Made by a program: the position numbers and the translations under genes. DNA of 29,287 nt from NCBI RefSeq assembly GCF_006345805.1, contig NW_021833125.1, positions 1 to 29,287 of the forward strand, given 5' to 3'. Source of the stretch: Octopus sinensis. Lineage: Eukaryota. Below the pieces are notes generated by a model that made no database searches, had not been told where the DNA came from, and worked only from the letters and a program-made list of their open reading frames with translations. Positions 11,803-22,476 of this stretch are shown piece by piece; within the stretch, counting starts at the first letter, position 1; every line of letters begins with the position of its first letter.

Positions 11803-12100
11803 GTCAGTGGATCAGCACTAAGACAAGTGGAGGAATTTAAGTCTCTTGGGGACAAATTCGCGAGTGATTGGAGGCAGGAGGCTGAAGGATGAATTGGGTG
11901 TCAGAGTTGCAAGTCATACTCCAGTTCCAACATTCGATTCTTAGAAGAGATGTTGGATAAAAAAAATAAACCAAACTAGCTATCTTCAGTTCGGTTTTCG
12001 TGCCATTCTTCGCCTATTGGCATGAATGCTGGGCAATGGCTAAAACAGTATGATCGCGAATAGAAACGGCCGGAATGAGGTTTCTCTGAAGGGTGTCTAG
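11803..12100 (+). pseudogene. RTE-clade LINE ORF fragment (end of RT domain), part 1
   Basis: Hand translation gives GSALRQVEEFKSLG..KLAIFSSVFVPFFAYWHECWAMAKTV*SRIETAGMRFL*RVS, matching the RTE/Expander-type pattern QVEEFKYLG..KLSIYRSIYVPTLTYGHELW..SRIQAAEMSFLRRV; contains stops and frameshifts. Confidence 0.8.
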
Positions 12101-12378
12101 CACTACGTCAGTTATGACGATGAGTGTTCCAGTTGATTTGATCAATGGAACAGCCTGCTCGTGAAATTAACGTCCAAGTGGCTGAGTACTCCACAAACAA
12201 GTGTAACCTTAATGTAGTTCGCGAGGAGATTCAGCGTAACACACAATGTGACAAGGTTGGCCCTTTGAAAAACAGGTACAACTCATTTTTGCCAACTGGG
12301 TGGACTGGAACAACGTGAAATAAAGTGTCTTGCTCAAGGACACGATGAATACCCAAACTGCTAATCCATGCACCTTCA
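12100..12378 (-). mobile_element. SINE-E (CORE-like SINE), copy with internally deleted head
   Basis: - strand gtgtccttgagcaagacactttatttcacgttgttccagtccacccagttggcaaaaatgag resembles the MIR/CORE domain; tail shared with 26620-26801. Confidence 0.75.
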
Positions 12379-12391
12379 CTAATCACTGGTT

Positions 12392-12710
12392 CTCCGTCAG
12401 TTACGACGACGAGTGTTCCAGTTGATCCGATCAGGGAAACATTTTACTCGTGGAATTAATAAGCAAGTGGCTGTGCACTCCGTAGACTCGTGCACCTTTA
12501 ATGTAGTTCTCAGGGAAATTCCGTAAGATACATAGTGTGACAAGGCTGGCCCCTTATGAATTACAGGTACAACTCATTTTTGCCAGCTGAGTGGACTGGA
12601 GCAACGTGAAATAAGTGTCTTGCTCAAGGGCGCAATGTGCTGCCGTGTATAGAACTCACAACCTTACGATCGTTAACCGAATAGTCTAATCACTAAGTCA
12701 CGTGCCTTCA
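12392..12710 (-). mobile_element. SINE-E (CORE-like SINE), full-length
   Basis: - strand gaaggcacgtgacttagtgattagac..gtgagttctatac tRNA-like head, CORE-like cccttgagcaagacac.., tail ending gtcgtcgtaactgacggag. Confidence 0.8.
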
Positions 12711-12726
12711 TGAAGGGCCTGTTAAG

Positions 12727-13054
12727 CAGTGCTACTCAAAGTAGTGGTCCGCCGATCGGTGCCGGTCCGCCAGCCATCAGCTGCCGGTCCGTGGTGAGTT
12801 TCTAGAAAAGAAACAAACGATAACATAATTTCAGTAATTTCACCTTATGTACTGCAGTAAACAACTTACCAGCTTATGCAATATTGTATTATTTGTTTAC
12901 AAAATAAACATACGGTAGACAAAATCGTCAACTTTTATTATATTCATTATATATATTGTTCCTGGTATAATATTACTAAGAAATATTACTGGTCCCTGGC
13001 ACATTGGAAAAGAAAATTTCCGGTACGGCACATCAGATAGTTTGAGGAGCACTG
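12727..13054. mobile_element. hAT/Charlie-like MITE (328 bp)
   Basis: TIRs cagtgctactcaaa and tttgaggagcactg (13/14 complementary); right flank ttctagag fits the NTCTAGAN target of Charlie-type hATs; left flank match is weak. Confidence 0.7.
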
Positions 13055-13405
13055 TTCTAGAGTATCATTAGTCGACAGAGATCGCAGCTCGGAGATCTGT
13101 GTGTCACTCACGTCGAACCACTACTTTTCCGCTTTCACAGATCACAGCTCCTATAGAATGGACATGTGATTAGAATGTCTCAGAAAAGAATCGTAAGATG
13201 GATTCTTCAAGCTGATCCGACTGGCTGGAGACTAAGGGGCAGACCAAGAATAAGATGCTTGGACAATATCCATAGTCTCAGTTAGTCATACTTGGGAATC
13301 CAGTTGGAAGGTATAATGACCTTTGCTACTGATTGGATTCTATGAACGAGGTGCCAGGGACGAATATTCCAGGTGTGATAGGTGTGCGCCGCACAACCAT
13401 CGAAA
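13055..13405 (+). pseudogene. RTE-clade LINE C-terminus, part 2 (continues part 1 across the nested insertions)
   Basis: RVSLVDRDRSSEI..VEPLLFRFHRSQL..GHVIRMSQKRIVRWILQADPTGWRLRGRPRIRCLDNIH..CAAQP; the GHVxRM and RGRPRxRWxDxI motifs are typical of RTE ORFs. Confidence 0.85.
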
Positions 13406-13579
13406 ATGGCAAATTCATTATCAATATTAGCCTTACTCACTAATTTAATCATAAACCATAATGGAAAAGTTTTGTTATACCTCTGCTTCAAACTTGATGG
13501 CCTTGGGGTGGCAGCATACCCAATGCAACAACCACCAAATTCCACTGCAAAGGACTCTACCCCTACAACTAGTAAGAAA

Positions 13580-14481
13580 TCTAGGAGTAGCCAAGAACGA
13601 AATAGTTGGATAATATCCATGGCTTCAGTTGGCATACTTAGGAAACCAGCCAGAAAGTGTAATGATGGTGGTTGCTTCTGATAGGATCCTTGGTCGCTTC
13701 TGATAGGGACCTATGGTAGAGGTGCTTGAGGACTGCATTCCCAAGGCCAGTAGACGAACAAGAGCTGACGAAGAACATATTGGCTGGATAATATCCATTG
13801 ACTCAGTTGGTCAAACTTGTGAATCCAACCAGAAAGTGTAATGACCCAGCTTCTGGTAGAATCCCATGAAGGAAGTGCCTGAGGGCCGCATCCTCTTGAT
13901 TAGCAGAAGACCTGAGGTTGATCAAGTACAAGATGGCTGGATAACAACCATAGACTCGGTTGGTAACACTTGGGGTTTCAGTCCACCATTGATTTAGTTC
14001 CACGCATACGGAATGTATGTGTGTATGCCTGTCTGTATTTGTCATTGAGTGTAAGGATATATGTATATGTGTGTATGCGTGTATGTGCGTAAATCTGCAT
14101 GAGTTTATGCATGACCATGCGAGCATATGTTTCAGGAATGAGTACGAACAATAAAAACACATGATAGACTGATCAAACGAAAGAAAAAAAAAAACTAAGC
14201 CTTCATCAGCTGTCTCGCTAAGGCTTCTGGCAGTTTCGAGGCCAGTAGACGAGCAAGGGCTGACGAAGAACATATTGGCTGGTTAATATCCATTGACTCA
14301 GTTGGTCAAACTTGTGAATCCAACCAGAAAGTGTAATGACCACAGCTTCTGGTAGAATCCCATGAAGGAAGTTGCTTGAGGGCCGCATCCTCATGATTAG
14401 CAGAAGACCTGAGGTTGATCAAGAACGAGATGGTTGGACAATAACCATAGACTAAGGTGGTAACACTTGGGGTTTCAGCCG
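13580..14481 (+). repeat. Amplified RTE C-terminal module; includes ~237 bp direct repeats 13745-13981 and 14240-14481
   Basis: Anchor gg(a/t)(t/c)aa(t/c)a(t/a)ccat at 13608, 13786, 13939, 14281, 14436, homologous to the parent copy at 13261. Confidence 0.75.
13981..14244. repeat. Module M, copy 2
   Basis: Matches 10561-10877 but with a shorter TG tract. Confidence 0.9.
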
Positions 14482-14677
14482 AAACATGTAATGATGTTGC
14501 TTCTACTAGAAACATAGAGAGGGGGTTCTTGAGGACGATACCACGACGAACCACCCCAGGAATGGTGAGCGAAGAAGGTAGATGGATGGATACATGCATA
14601 TAGGGTTGTTCGTTTGTTTTCTGTATATGTCTACAACTTTTATCATTTGTCTTCCTTTGTTTCTCTATCTATAGACA

Positions 14678-14851
14678 TGTTGTGTGGACGCCCCCGGACA
14701 ATGAAGTAGGCTAACCCAATACGTAGATATAGAGGGAGAAGTCTAGACGTCGCTAGAGAGTAGCAGTGGACTAGAACAGAGTAGAGTAGCAGTCGTAGTA
14801 GAGTTGAGTAGAAGGCATCCGAACGTGCGACATAACAGTGGCGACGAGGAT
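14678..14851 (+). mobile_element. Putative short LTR (14678-14837) plus primer-binding site (14839-14851), Gypsy-like remnant
   Basis: Termini tgttgtg...cataaca, then g, then tggcgacgaggat, which is complementary to the 3' end of tRNA-Ser(GCT) as I recall it (..ATCCTCGTCGCCA). No gag/pol or second LTR seen. Confidence 0.55.
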
Positions 14852-14956
14852 TTCGTAGCTCACACAGCCACTGTGTAGTATTGCAATTATAACAAGACAT
14901 AAGCATGCCCGTTGCTAAGGGGGTGTACTGGACGGCACCGCTCCCTCAGTATTCAA

Positions 14957-15898
14957 GACGGCGAGCTGGCAGAATCGTTAGCACGTTGGGCGAAATGCTT
15001 AGCGGTATTTCGGCTGCCGTTACGTTGTGAGTTCAAATTCCGCCGTGGTCGACTTTGCCTTTCATCCTTTCGGGGTTGATAAATTAAGTACCAGTTATGC
15101 ACTGGGGTCGATGTAATTGACTTAATACCTATGTCTGTCCCCTCTATGTTTAGCCCCTTGTGGGTAATAAAGAAATAGGTATTTCTTCTGCCGTTATGTT
15201 CTGAGTTCAAATTCCGCCGAGGTCGACTTTGCCTTTCATCATTTCGGGGTCGATAAATTAAGTACCAGTTACGCACTGGGGTCGATGTAATCGACTTAAT
15301 ACCTATGTCTGTCCTTGTTTGTCCCCTCTGTGTTTAGCTCCTTGTGGGTAATAAATAAATAGGTATTTCGGCTGCCGTTACGTTGTGAGTTCAAATTCCG
15401 CCGTGTTCGACTTTGCCTTTCATCCTTTCGGGGTCGATAAATTAAGTACCAGTTACGCACTGGGGTCGATGTAATCGACTTAATACCTATGTCTGTCCCC
15501 TCTATGTTTAGCCCCTTGTGGGTAATAAAGAATAGGTATTTCTTCTGCCGTTATGTTCTGAGTTCAAATTCCGCCGAGGTCGACTTTGCCTTTCATCATT
15601 TCGGGGTCGATAATTAAGTACCAGTTACGCACTGGGGTCGATGTAATCGACTTAATACCTATGTCTGTCCTTGTTTGTCCCCTCTGTGTTTAGCTCCTTG
15701 TGGGTAATAAATAAATAGGTATTTCGGCTGCCGTTACGTTGTGAGTTCAAATTCCGCCGTGTTCGACTTTGCCTTTCATCCTTTCGGGGTCGATAAATTA
15801 AGTACCAGTTACGCACTGGGGTCGATGTAATCGACTTAATACCTATGTCTGTCCTTGTTTGTCTCCTCTGTGTTTAGCCCCTTGTGGGTAATAAAATA
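14957..15898 (+). mobile_element. SINE-B concatemer array 2: head plus five units in A-B-A-B-A order
   Basis: Units start at 15004, 15178, 15362, 15535, 15718; exact 9-bp TSD agtattcaa at 14948-14956 and 15899-15907. Confidence 0.93.
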
Positions 15899-16299
15899 AG
15901 TATTCAATGGTGCAGCCTCAGATTTACAGTGATACACTTATTTCGAAACTCCAATTTAGTATTAGTGTCCATATTCGGAAGCACCCCCAATGCATCGGTC
16001 TGGCAACGGGCCTGCAGAAGTGTACCGACTTTATTTCTCCATCTAGCATTATCGCCGCATCTGTATTTCTCCTTGCTCTCTATATTGCTCTCTGCATACG
16101 TATCCAACAACATACAAATAACATGTATGCACACGTATACATATAGATATGTGTGTGCGCACATGTGTGTGAGTGAGTGTGTGCGCGTGTATTGTGTGTG
16201 TGTTTGTGTGTGTGTCTGTGTGTGTGTGCATACGTGCGTGTGTGAGGCTGTATTACTTAAGGGTAAGATTATGGGTGTGAAAATACAGTACATTTACGC

Positions 16300-16507
16300 A
16301 TGAAAATATGTATATTTATATATATATATATATATACATATGTGTGTATATGTACACACACATATATATATATACATACATATATATATATACCCATAAT
16401 CTACATTCATATATATGTGTAATATACACACACACACATGAATATACATGCATACGTAGGTACATGCATACATATATCTACATGAAAATTATATGCATAT
16501 ACATACA

Positions 16508-16547
<40 letters not shown>

Positions 16548-16559
16548 TATATACACATA

Positions 16560-16608
<49 letters not shown>

Positions 16609-16730
16609 GTATATATATTACATATATATATATATATAAGTACAAATATATATATAGATATTTCCTCATATGCACATCCATTCTCTCATATACATTATTA
16701 TGTATATAAAAACATATGTGTATATGTGTA
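16300..16730. repeat. (TA)n-rich microsatellite complex
   Basis: Low complexity. Confidence 0.95.
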
Positions 16731-16959
16731 AGTCTACATAGAAATACACATACTCGCCCATATATAGAACCAATGCTAGATACGCAACACTTCCTCAATC
16801 GGGCCATGATGGTTCTCTGCCAAATCCATTCCGGAAGTGTCATTTCATATAAGAACATATCAATGTCTTCCGTGATGACGTCACAGTCTTGAAGTGCGCG
16901 TGGGTGGTCACGGCCTCCATGCTATAGTGTGCATATACATCTGCGTATATACCACTATA

Positions 16960-16982
16960 TCTCTGAATGCTGATATATATAC

Positions 16983-17018
<36 letters not shown>

Positions 17019-17243
17019 ATATATATGTCTGTGTGTTTGTGTACGTGTTTCTATTTGTACAATATGTGCAGATAATGTATCTGTCTTTCTCCTGTACAAT
17101 ATGGATCGCTTGGGATGTGTGTGTACGCATGCGTGTGCATGCGCTTATGTTTATTGGCACATATGCAACTCATCACCGTTAACTATGTCTGTGCATTTGG
17201 AAGTGCATCGTATGTATATATACATGTAGTTGTATTTGTATAC

Positions 17244-17288
<45 letters not shown>

Positions 17289-17299
17289 GTGTGTGTATT

Positions 17300-17370
<71 letters not shown>

Positions 17371-17514
17371 CTACAAACCACATACACATATGCGCACACA
17401 CGCATACACACACACGCGCGAGCGCGTGTATATATTCATATAGAGCAATAGATAGCTAGCTAGCTAGATAGATAGATGGACAGATGGATAGATAGATAGA
17501 TGGATAGATAGATT

Positions 17515-17579
<65 letters not shown>

Positions 17580-17585
17580 ACTGAG

Positions 17586-17639
<54 letters not shown>

Positions 17640-17640
17640 T
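16960..17640. repeat. (TA)n/(TG)n/(TATG)n tracts followed by a (GATA)n array (~17460-17640)
   Basis: Low complexity. Confidence 0.9.
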
Positions 17641-17744
17641 TATGTGTGGTTGTTGAAGGCAAAACTAGAAGAGAGAAGGTCAGGGGAAAAGGGAGACGAT
17701 ATAGAGAAAAAAAAATGATAAGTGGTGATGAAAGGAAAAACGGA

Positions 17745-18105
17745 ACTAGAAGATCGAAAACAGATTTGAAAAATGCAAAACATGAACACACGGAAAAAGA
17801 ACGGACGAAGAAAATGTGTAAGAGAGGAAAGAAAATGAAACAAAGAAAGATTGAATTTAGGAGAAAGAATTTTTAAGAGGAAAACTACAGAAAGCATACG
17901 ATTCTAAAATCAGTGGAGAGGAATGAATGTCACTCAAGCACGCAACAAACTCTTAAAAAACAAAATGGATGAAAAGTGTTCCAAAAATATGTAGGAGTAG
18001 GAAGGAATGGAAAAAAGTTTTTTATATTAAGAAAGAAACGAAGGACTCTTTGAGAAGGTAATGGAATGGTAAAACCATATCAAGGAACGAGGAAAACTTC
18101 TGGTT
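17745..18105. repeat. Three-copy block, copy 1 (core 17884-18105)
   Basis: aaaatcagtggagaggaatga..tcaaggaacgaggaaaacttctggtt shared with 20328-20548 and 23938-24160. Confidence 0.9.
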
Positions 18106-18159
18106 GTCACTGTTATATATACGTGTATTTTAATGCGTGTATATATGTATTTATGTGTG

Positions 18160-18280
<121 letters not shown>

Positions 18281-18348
18281 GTCTGCCTGTATGAATATAT
18301 GTATCTCTTTACCTATCTATCCCTTACTCAATATCTATGTATGTAAAA

Positions 18349-18745
18349 GGCGGCGAACTGGCAGAAACGTTAGCACGCCGGGCGAAATGCGGAGGCGTAT
18401 TTTGTCTGCCGTTACGTTCTGAGTTCAAATTCCGCCGAGATCGATTTTGCCTTTCATCCTTTCGGGGTCGATACTTTAAGTACCAGTTACGCACTGAGGT
18501 CGACGTAATCGACTTAATCCGTTTTCTCTCCTTGTTTGTCCCCTCTGTGTTTAGCCCCTTGTAGGTAGTAAAGAAATAGGTATTTCGTCTGCCGCTACGT
18601 TCTGAGTTCAAATTCCGACGAAGTCGACTTTGCCTTTCATCCTTTCGGTGTCGATAAATTAAGTGCCAGTTGCGTACTGGGGTCAATCTAATGGACTGGC
18701 CCCCTCTCCAAAAATTTCGGGCCTTGTGCTTAGAGTAGAAAGGAA
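18349..18745 (+). mobile_element. SINE-B chimeric dimer: head, unit with the LINE-like tail, then second unit with a different tail
   Basis: Junction aagaaata|ggtatttc at 18578/18579. Second unit ends gactggcccctctccaaaaatttcgggccttgtgcttagagtagaaagg. TSD-like atatctatgtatg at 18331-18343 and 18745-18757. Confidence 0.88.
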
Positions 18746-19055
18746 TATCTATGTATGCATTAATGTATATCTATATATATGTGTATGTTATGCATACATA
18801 CATGTATGTATATCATTATTCAGTTTATTTCAAGAGTTCTTGCCAATGGAGAAAGAACCGGTTTCTAACCTAGATCCATTGGAATTTCAACATCACCAAC
18901 AGGGTATTTTTGTTTGCATGTGTGTATATACGTATGTATGTATGTATGTATGTATGTATGTATGTATGTATGTATGTATGCATGTATGCATGTATGTATT
19001 ATGTATGTATGCATGTATCTATCTATCTGCCTGTCTTTATCTCTCTCTCTCCCCA

Positions 19056-19091
<36 letters not shown>

Positions 19092-19712
19092 AATCTACCT
19101 ACCGATCTGTCTACAACAGTTTTACCACACAGTATTTACACGCTATTATTTATAGCTTTATGTAATGTGAATCGAAACCCAATGTTCCAAAGCAGAATTT
19201 TGTTTGCGTGTGTACGTATGTGTATGAATATACTAGGATCCCCTTAACATGAATAACCCTTACTAGAATTCGAATCACAACGACAGACACACGCTACTAT
19301 ATCAATACACACCATAATATATACAAAAAAGCGACCGTAAACTAAGAAACCAGGAAACCTTTAAAAGATCCTACCCCACAATTTTACAACTTCAATGAAG
19401 GACAACTTAGAACAACCACACAAAACACGAAAGATGCACATTCTCCGGACACGGCAAACGGCACATCGTAGATACATAGGGAGGTAGAAATCCATTCTTG
19501 ATCGGGTATTTTTCTCGCTGTTAAGTACTCTGTGCATCTACCTACATCTTTATTTACATATACACACCTATATATAAACAGATGTATATTTGTGCGAATC
19601 ATTAATTTTTATCAAGAGTGAATTTAAAGTGCGAATTTATGTGCATGTATATATGCATAAGTTTACACACATACATCATGCACACGTATTAACTTATGCA
19701 TATGTATGTATG

Positions 19713-19771
<59 letters not shown>

Positions 19772-19796
19772 ATCTATAAGTATATATATATATACA

Positions 19797-19900
19797 TCTA
19801 TCTATCTATCTATCAATCTGTCGGTCTGTCTGTCTGTCTGTTTGCCTGTTTCTCTACCGATCTATTGCTCTATCTCTGTATGTATGTATGTATATGTTTG

Positions 19901-19974
<74 letters not shown>

Positions 19975-20030
19975 CATACAGAGATAGACCAATAGATCGG
20001 TAGAGAAACAGACAGACAGACCGACAGATT

Positions 20031-20048
<18 letters not shown>
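19797..20048. repeat. Short fold-back palindrome centred on (TA)n
   Basis: Left arm ..aatctgtcggtctgtc..tttctctaccgatctattgctctatctctgtatgta; right arm tacatacagagatagaccaatagatcggtagagaaacagacagacagaccgacagatt is its near-perfect reverse complement. Confidence 0.9.
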
Positions 20049-20061
<13 letters not shown>

Positions 20062-20184
20062 AGGGAGAGAGAGAGAGAATAAGAAGAAAGCAAGAAGCCT
20101 TATAAACAAGGAAGAGGAAATAGCTACAGAAAGTGAAAAATGAGATAATCGACAAAAATGAAGAGAAACCGACAGCCATAGCTC

Positions 20185-20548
20185 GTAGAAAAAGAGCTAA
20201 AGCAGATTTGAGAATTGCAGAAAATTTGAACAAAAAATAAGGGAAGAGGTGCAGAAAATATATGATAGAAAAGAATACTAATACATAAAAGAAGAAACCA
20301 GACGAAGGAGATAGAAATCAAAAGAAGACTACAGAAGGCAGACGACTGTAAAATCAGTGGAGAGGAATGAATGTCACTCGAGCACACAGTAGATGCTTGG
20401 AAAACAAAATGGATGAAATGTGTTACAAAAATATGTGGGGATACGAAGGAATGGGAAAATGTTTTTATATTATGAGAGAAAGGAAGGAATCTTTGAAAAG
20501 GTAATGGAATGGTAAAACCACATCAAGGAACGAGGAAAACTTCTGGTT
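20185..20548. repeat. Three-copy block, copy 2 (core 20328-20548)
   Basis: Homologous to copy 1; followed by (TATC)n at ~20575-20735. Confidence 0.9.
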
Positions 20549-20593
20549 TTATGTTTTATATGCGTGTATGTGTATCTATCTGTCTATCTATCA

Positions 20594-20651
<58 letters not shown>

Positions 20652-20663
20652 ATCTATGTATCT

Positions 20664-20731
<68 letters not shown>

Positions 20732-21059
20732 ATATCTACTATGTATCTATTCTATTCTATTCTATCTATTTATCTATGTCTATTTATCTGTCTGTGTATC
20801 TATACACACCCACACACATATATGGAAGGTTCCTGGATCTAGAACTTACATTGGATCGTGAAAATGTATGCCGGTTGTGTGAATGTACATGTATATATAA
20901 GTGTATGAATATGTCCGCATATGTACGGGCATATGCGGGCCTGTTTCGTACATGGCATATACTCGGATGTTCGGATTTCGAACCTAACTTGGTGTCCTTA
21001 ATATCAAAATACCTTGATTCAAATGAATGCTACAAATGATTAATATATGTGTGTGTATG

Positions 21060-21262
21060 TGCCTTTGTGTCTGTATCTGTGTTTAACAACTGGTGTTACT
21101 GTGTTTACGTCCCCGTAACTTAGAGATTATGCAAAAGAGACCAATGAAAGAAGTACTAGGGTTTCAAATTAAGTCCTGGGGTCGATTTGTTCGATTAAAA
21201 TCCTTCAAGGCGATGCCCCAACATGGCCGCAGTCCAATGACTTAAGCATGTAAAAGATAAAA
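21060..21262 (+). mobile_element. SINE-A 3' half
   Basis: gtgtttacgtccccgtaactt..caaaagagacc..gtcctggggtcgatttgttcga..ccaacatggccgcagtccaatgact. Confidence 0.8.
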
Positions 21263-21267
21263 GATAT

Positions 21268-22123
21268 GTGTGTTCAGTGCCCCCCCCCCCAAAGAAACCG
21301 GAGTTTTGCAATATTATTTTATTCATTTAGTTTTACATGTTTACACTTTTATCGCCTTCTCCATTAAAAACAAAGCATCAGTCCAGGCGCCTTTTCCCTT
21401 TTTTAACGCCTCTGTTGTTGTTTTTCTTCACCTCTTCCACATTTTCAAATTCCGTTGCACCAGCTTTCATCACCAGTGATGACCTTCGAAAAAACGTCCG
21501 GGTCGTCTTCCAACTGTTCTTTCAGTTCATGATACCCATTCAATCGTGACTGATTTTGATCTCCTGTGAGAAAGCGAGGCACGAATTTTGTTGCAACTTT
21601 TTTCATTCGTAATTCTTGGCTCAGAATTCGTTGGTAGGAGCTCAAGGACACACCAGTCATATCAACAAGTTTGTGATGGTTCTCCAAGATCGTTTCATGA
21701 ATTTTCATTGTTTTCATTCGTCCAGGAGGTTGACGGTCACCCTGAACAAAATAGGTCTTCAAGCGACAAGTGACCATTCCCAAAGCGTGAAAACTACTCG
21801 TAAACTTGTATTTTGATCACAGCATCATCCTTGGAAGCTGTTTGAAGCACGACAGCTGCATCGTCCGCCGTTTTCCCAGGTAGAAAACAGAATTTCATGG
21901 AAGCACGCTGTCCCTTCGTTTCAGCCATCGCAAAAATTGATGAGCATGGATGAAGCATAAAAAAAACAAAGACGCACCATGCAGTAGAACGACTTCAAGA
22001 GATGACGCCGTTCGGCAGACTGATGCCAGAGGGTCGCATCAAGTGGCTCCTAGCAGCGGAAGCCCGTACTATAACGGGCTTTTCCACAGAGAACATTTCC
22101 AGTTAGTTTTGGGTACCTCCTTG
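21268..22123 (-). mobile_element. Internally deleted mariner (Tc1/mariner) DNA transposon; transposase pseudogene ~21330-21928
   Basis: MAETKGQRASMKFCFLPGKTA..QVYE*FSRFGNGHLSLED..SG*PSTS (HTH region); RMKKVATKFVPRFLT..FSKVITGDESW (WVP-like motif and first catalytic Asp); then jumps to FENVEEVKK..NGEGDK. One end caaggaggtacccaaaactaactggaa is flanked by TA (22124-22125); the other end is degenerate. Confidence 0.88.
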
Positions 22124-22139
22124 TATATATATTTGTATG

Positions 22140-22476
<337 letters not shown>

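Noticed and set aside
14195-14244. Hammerhead ribozyme (- strand has gaaac and ctgatga; Penelope-like)
   Set aside because: Motif order and pairing do not give stems I and III or a cleavage triplet; ctgatga lies inside an aagcctt/aaggctt hairpin, and the 10.8 kb copy has ttgatga
20915-20938. 9-bp-stem hairpin ccgcatatg/catatgcgg
   Set aside because: Short and plausible by chance in (CA/TA/TG)-biased sequence
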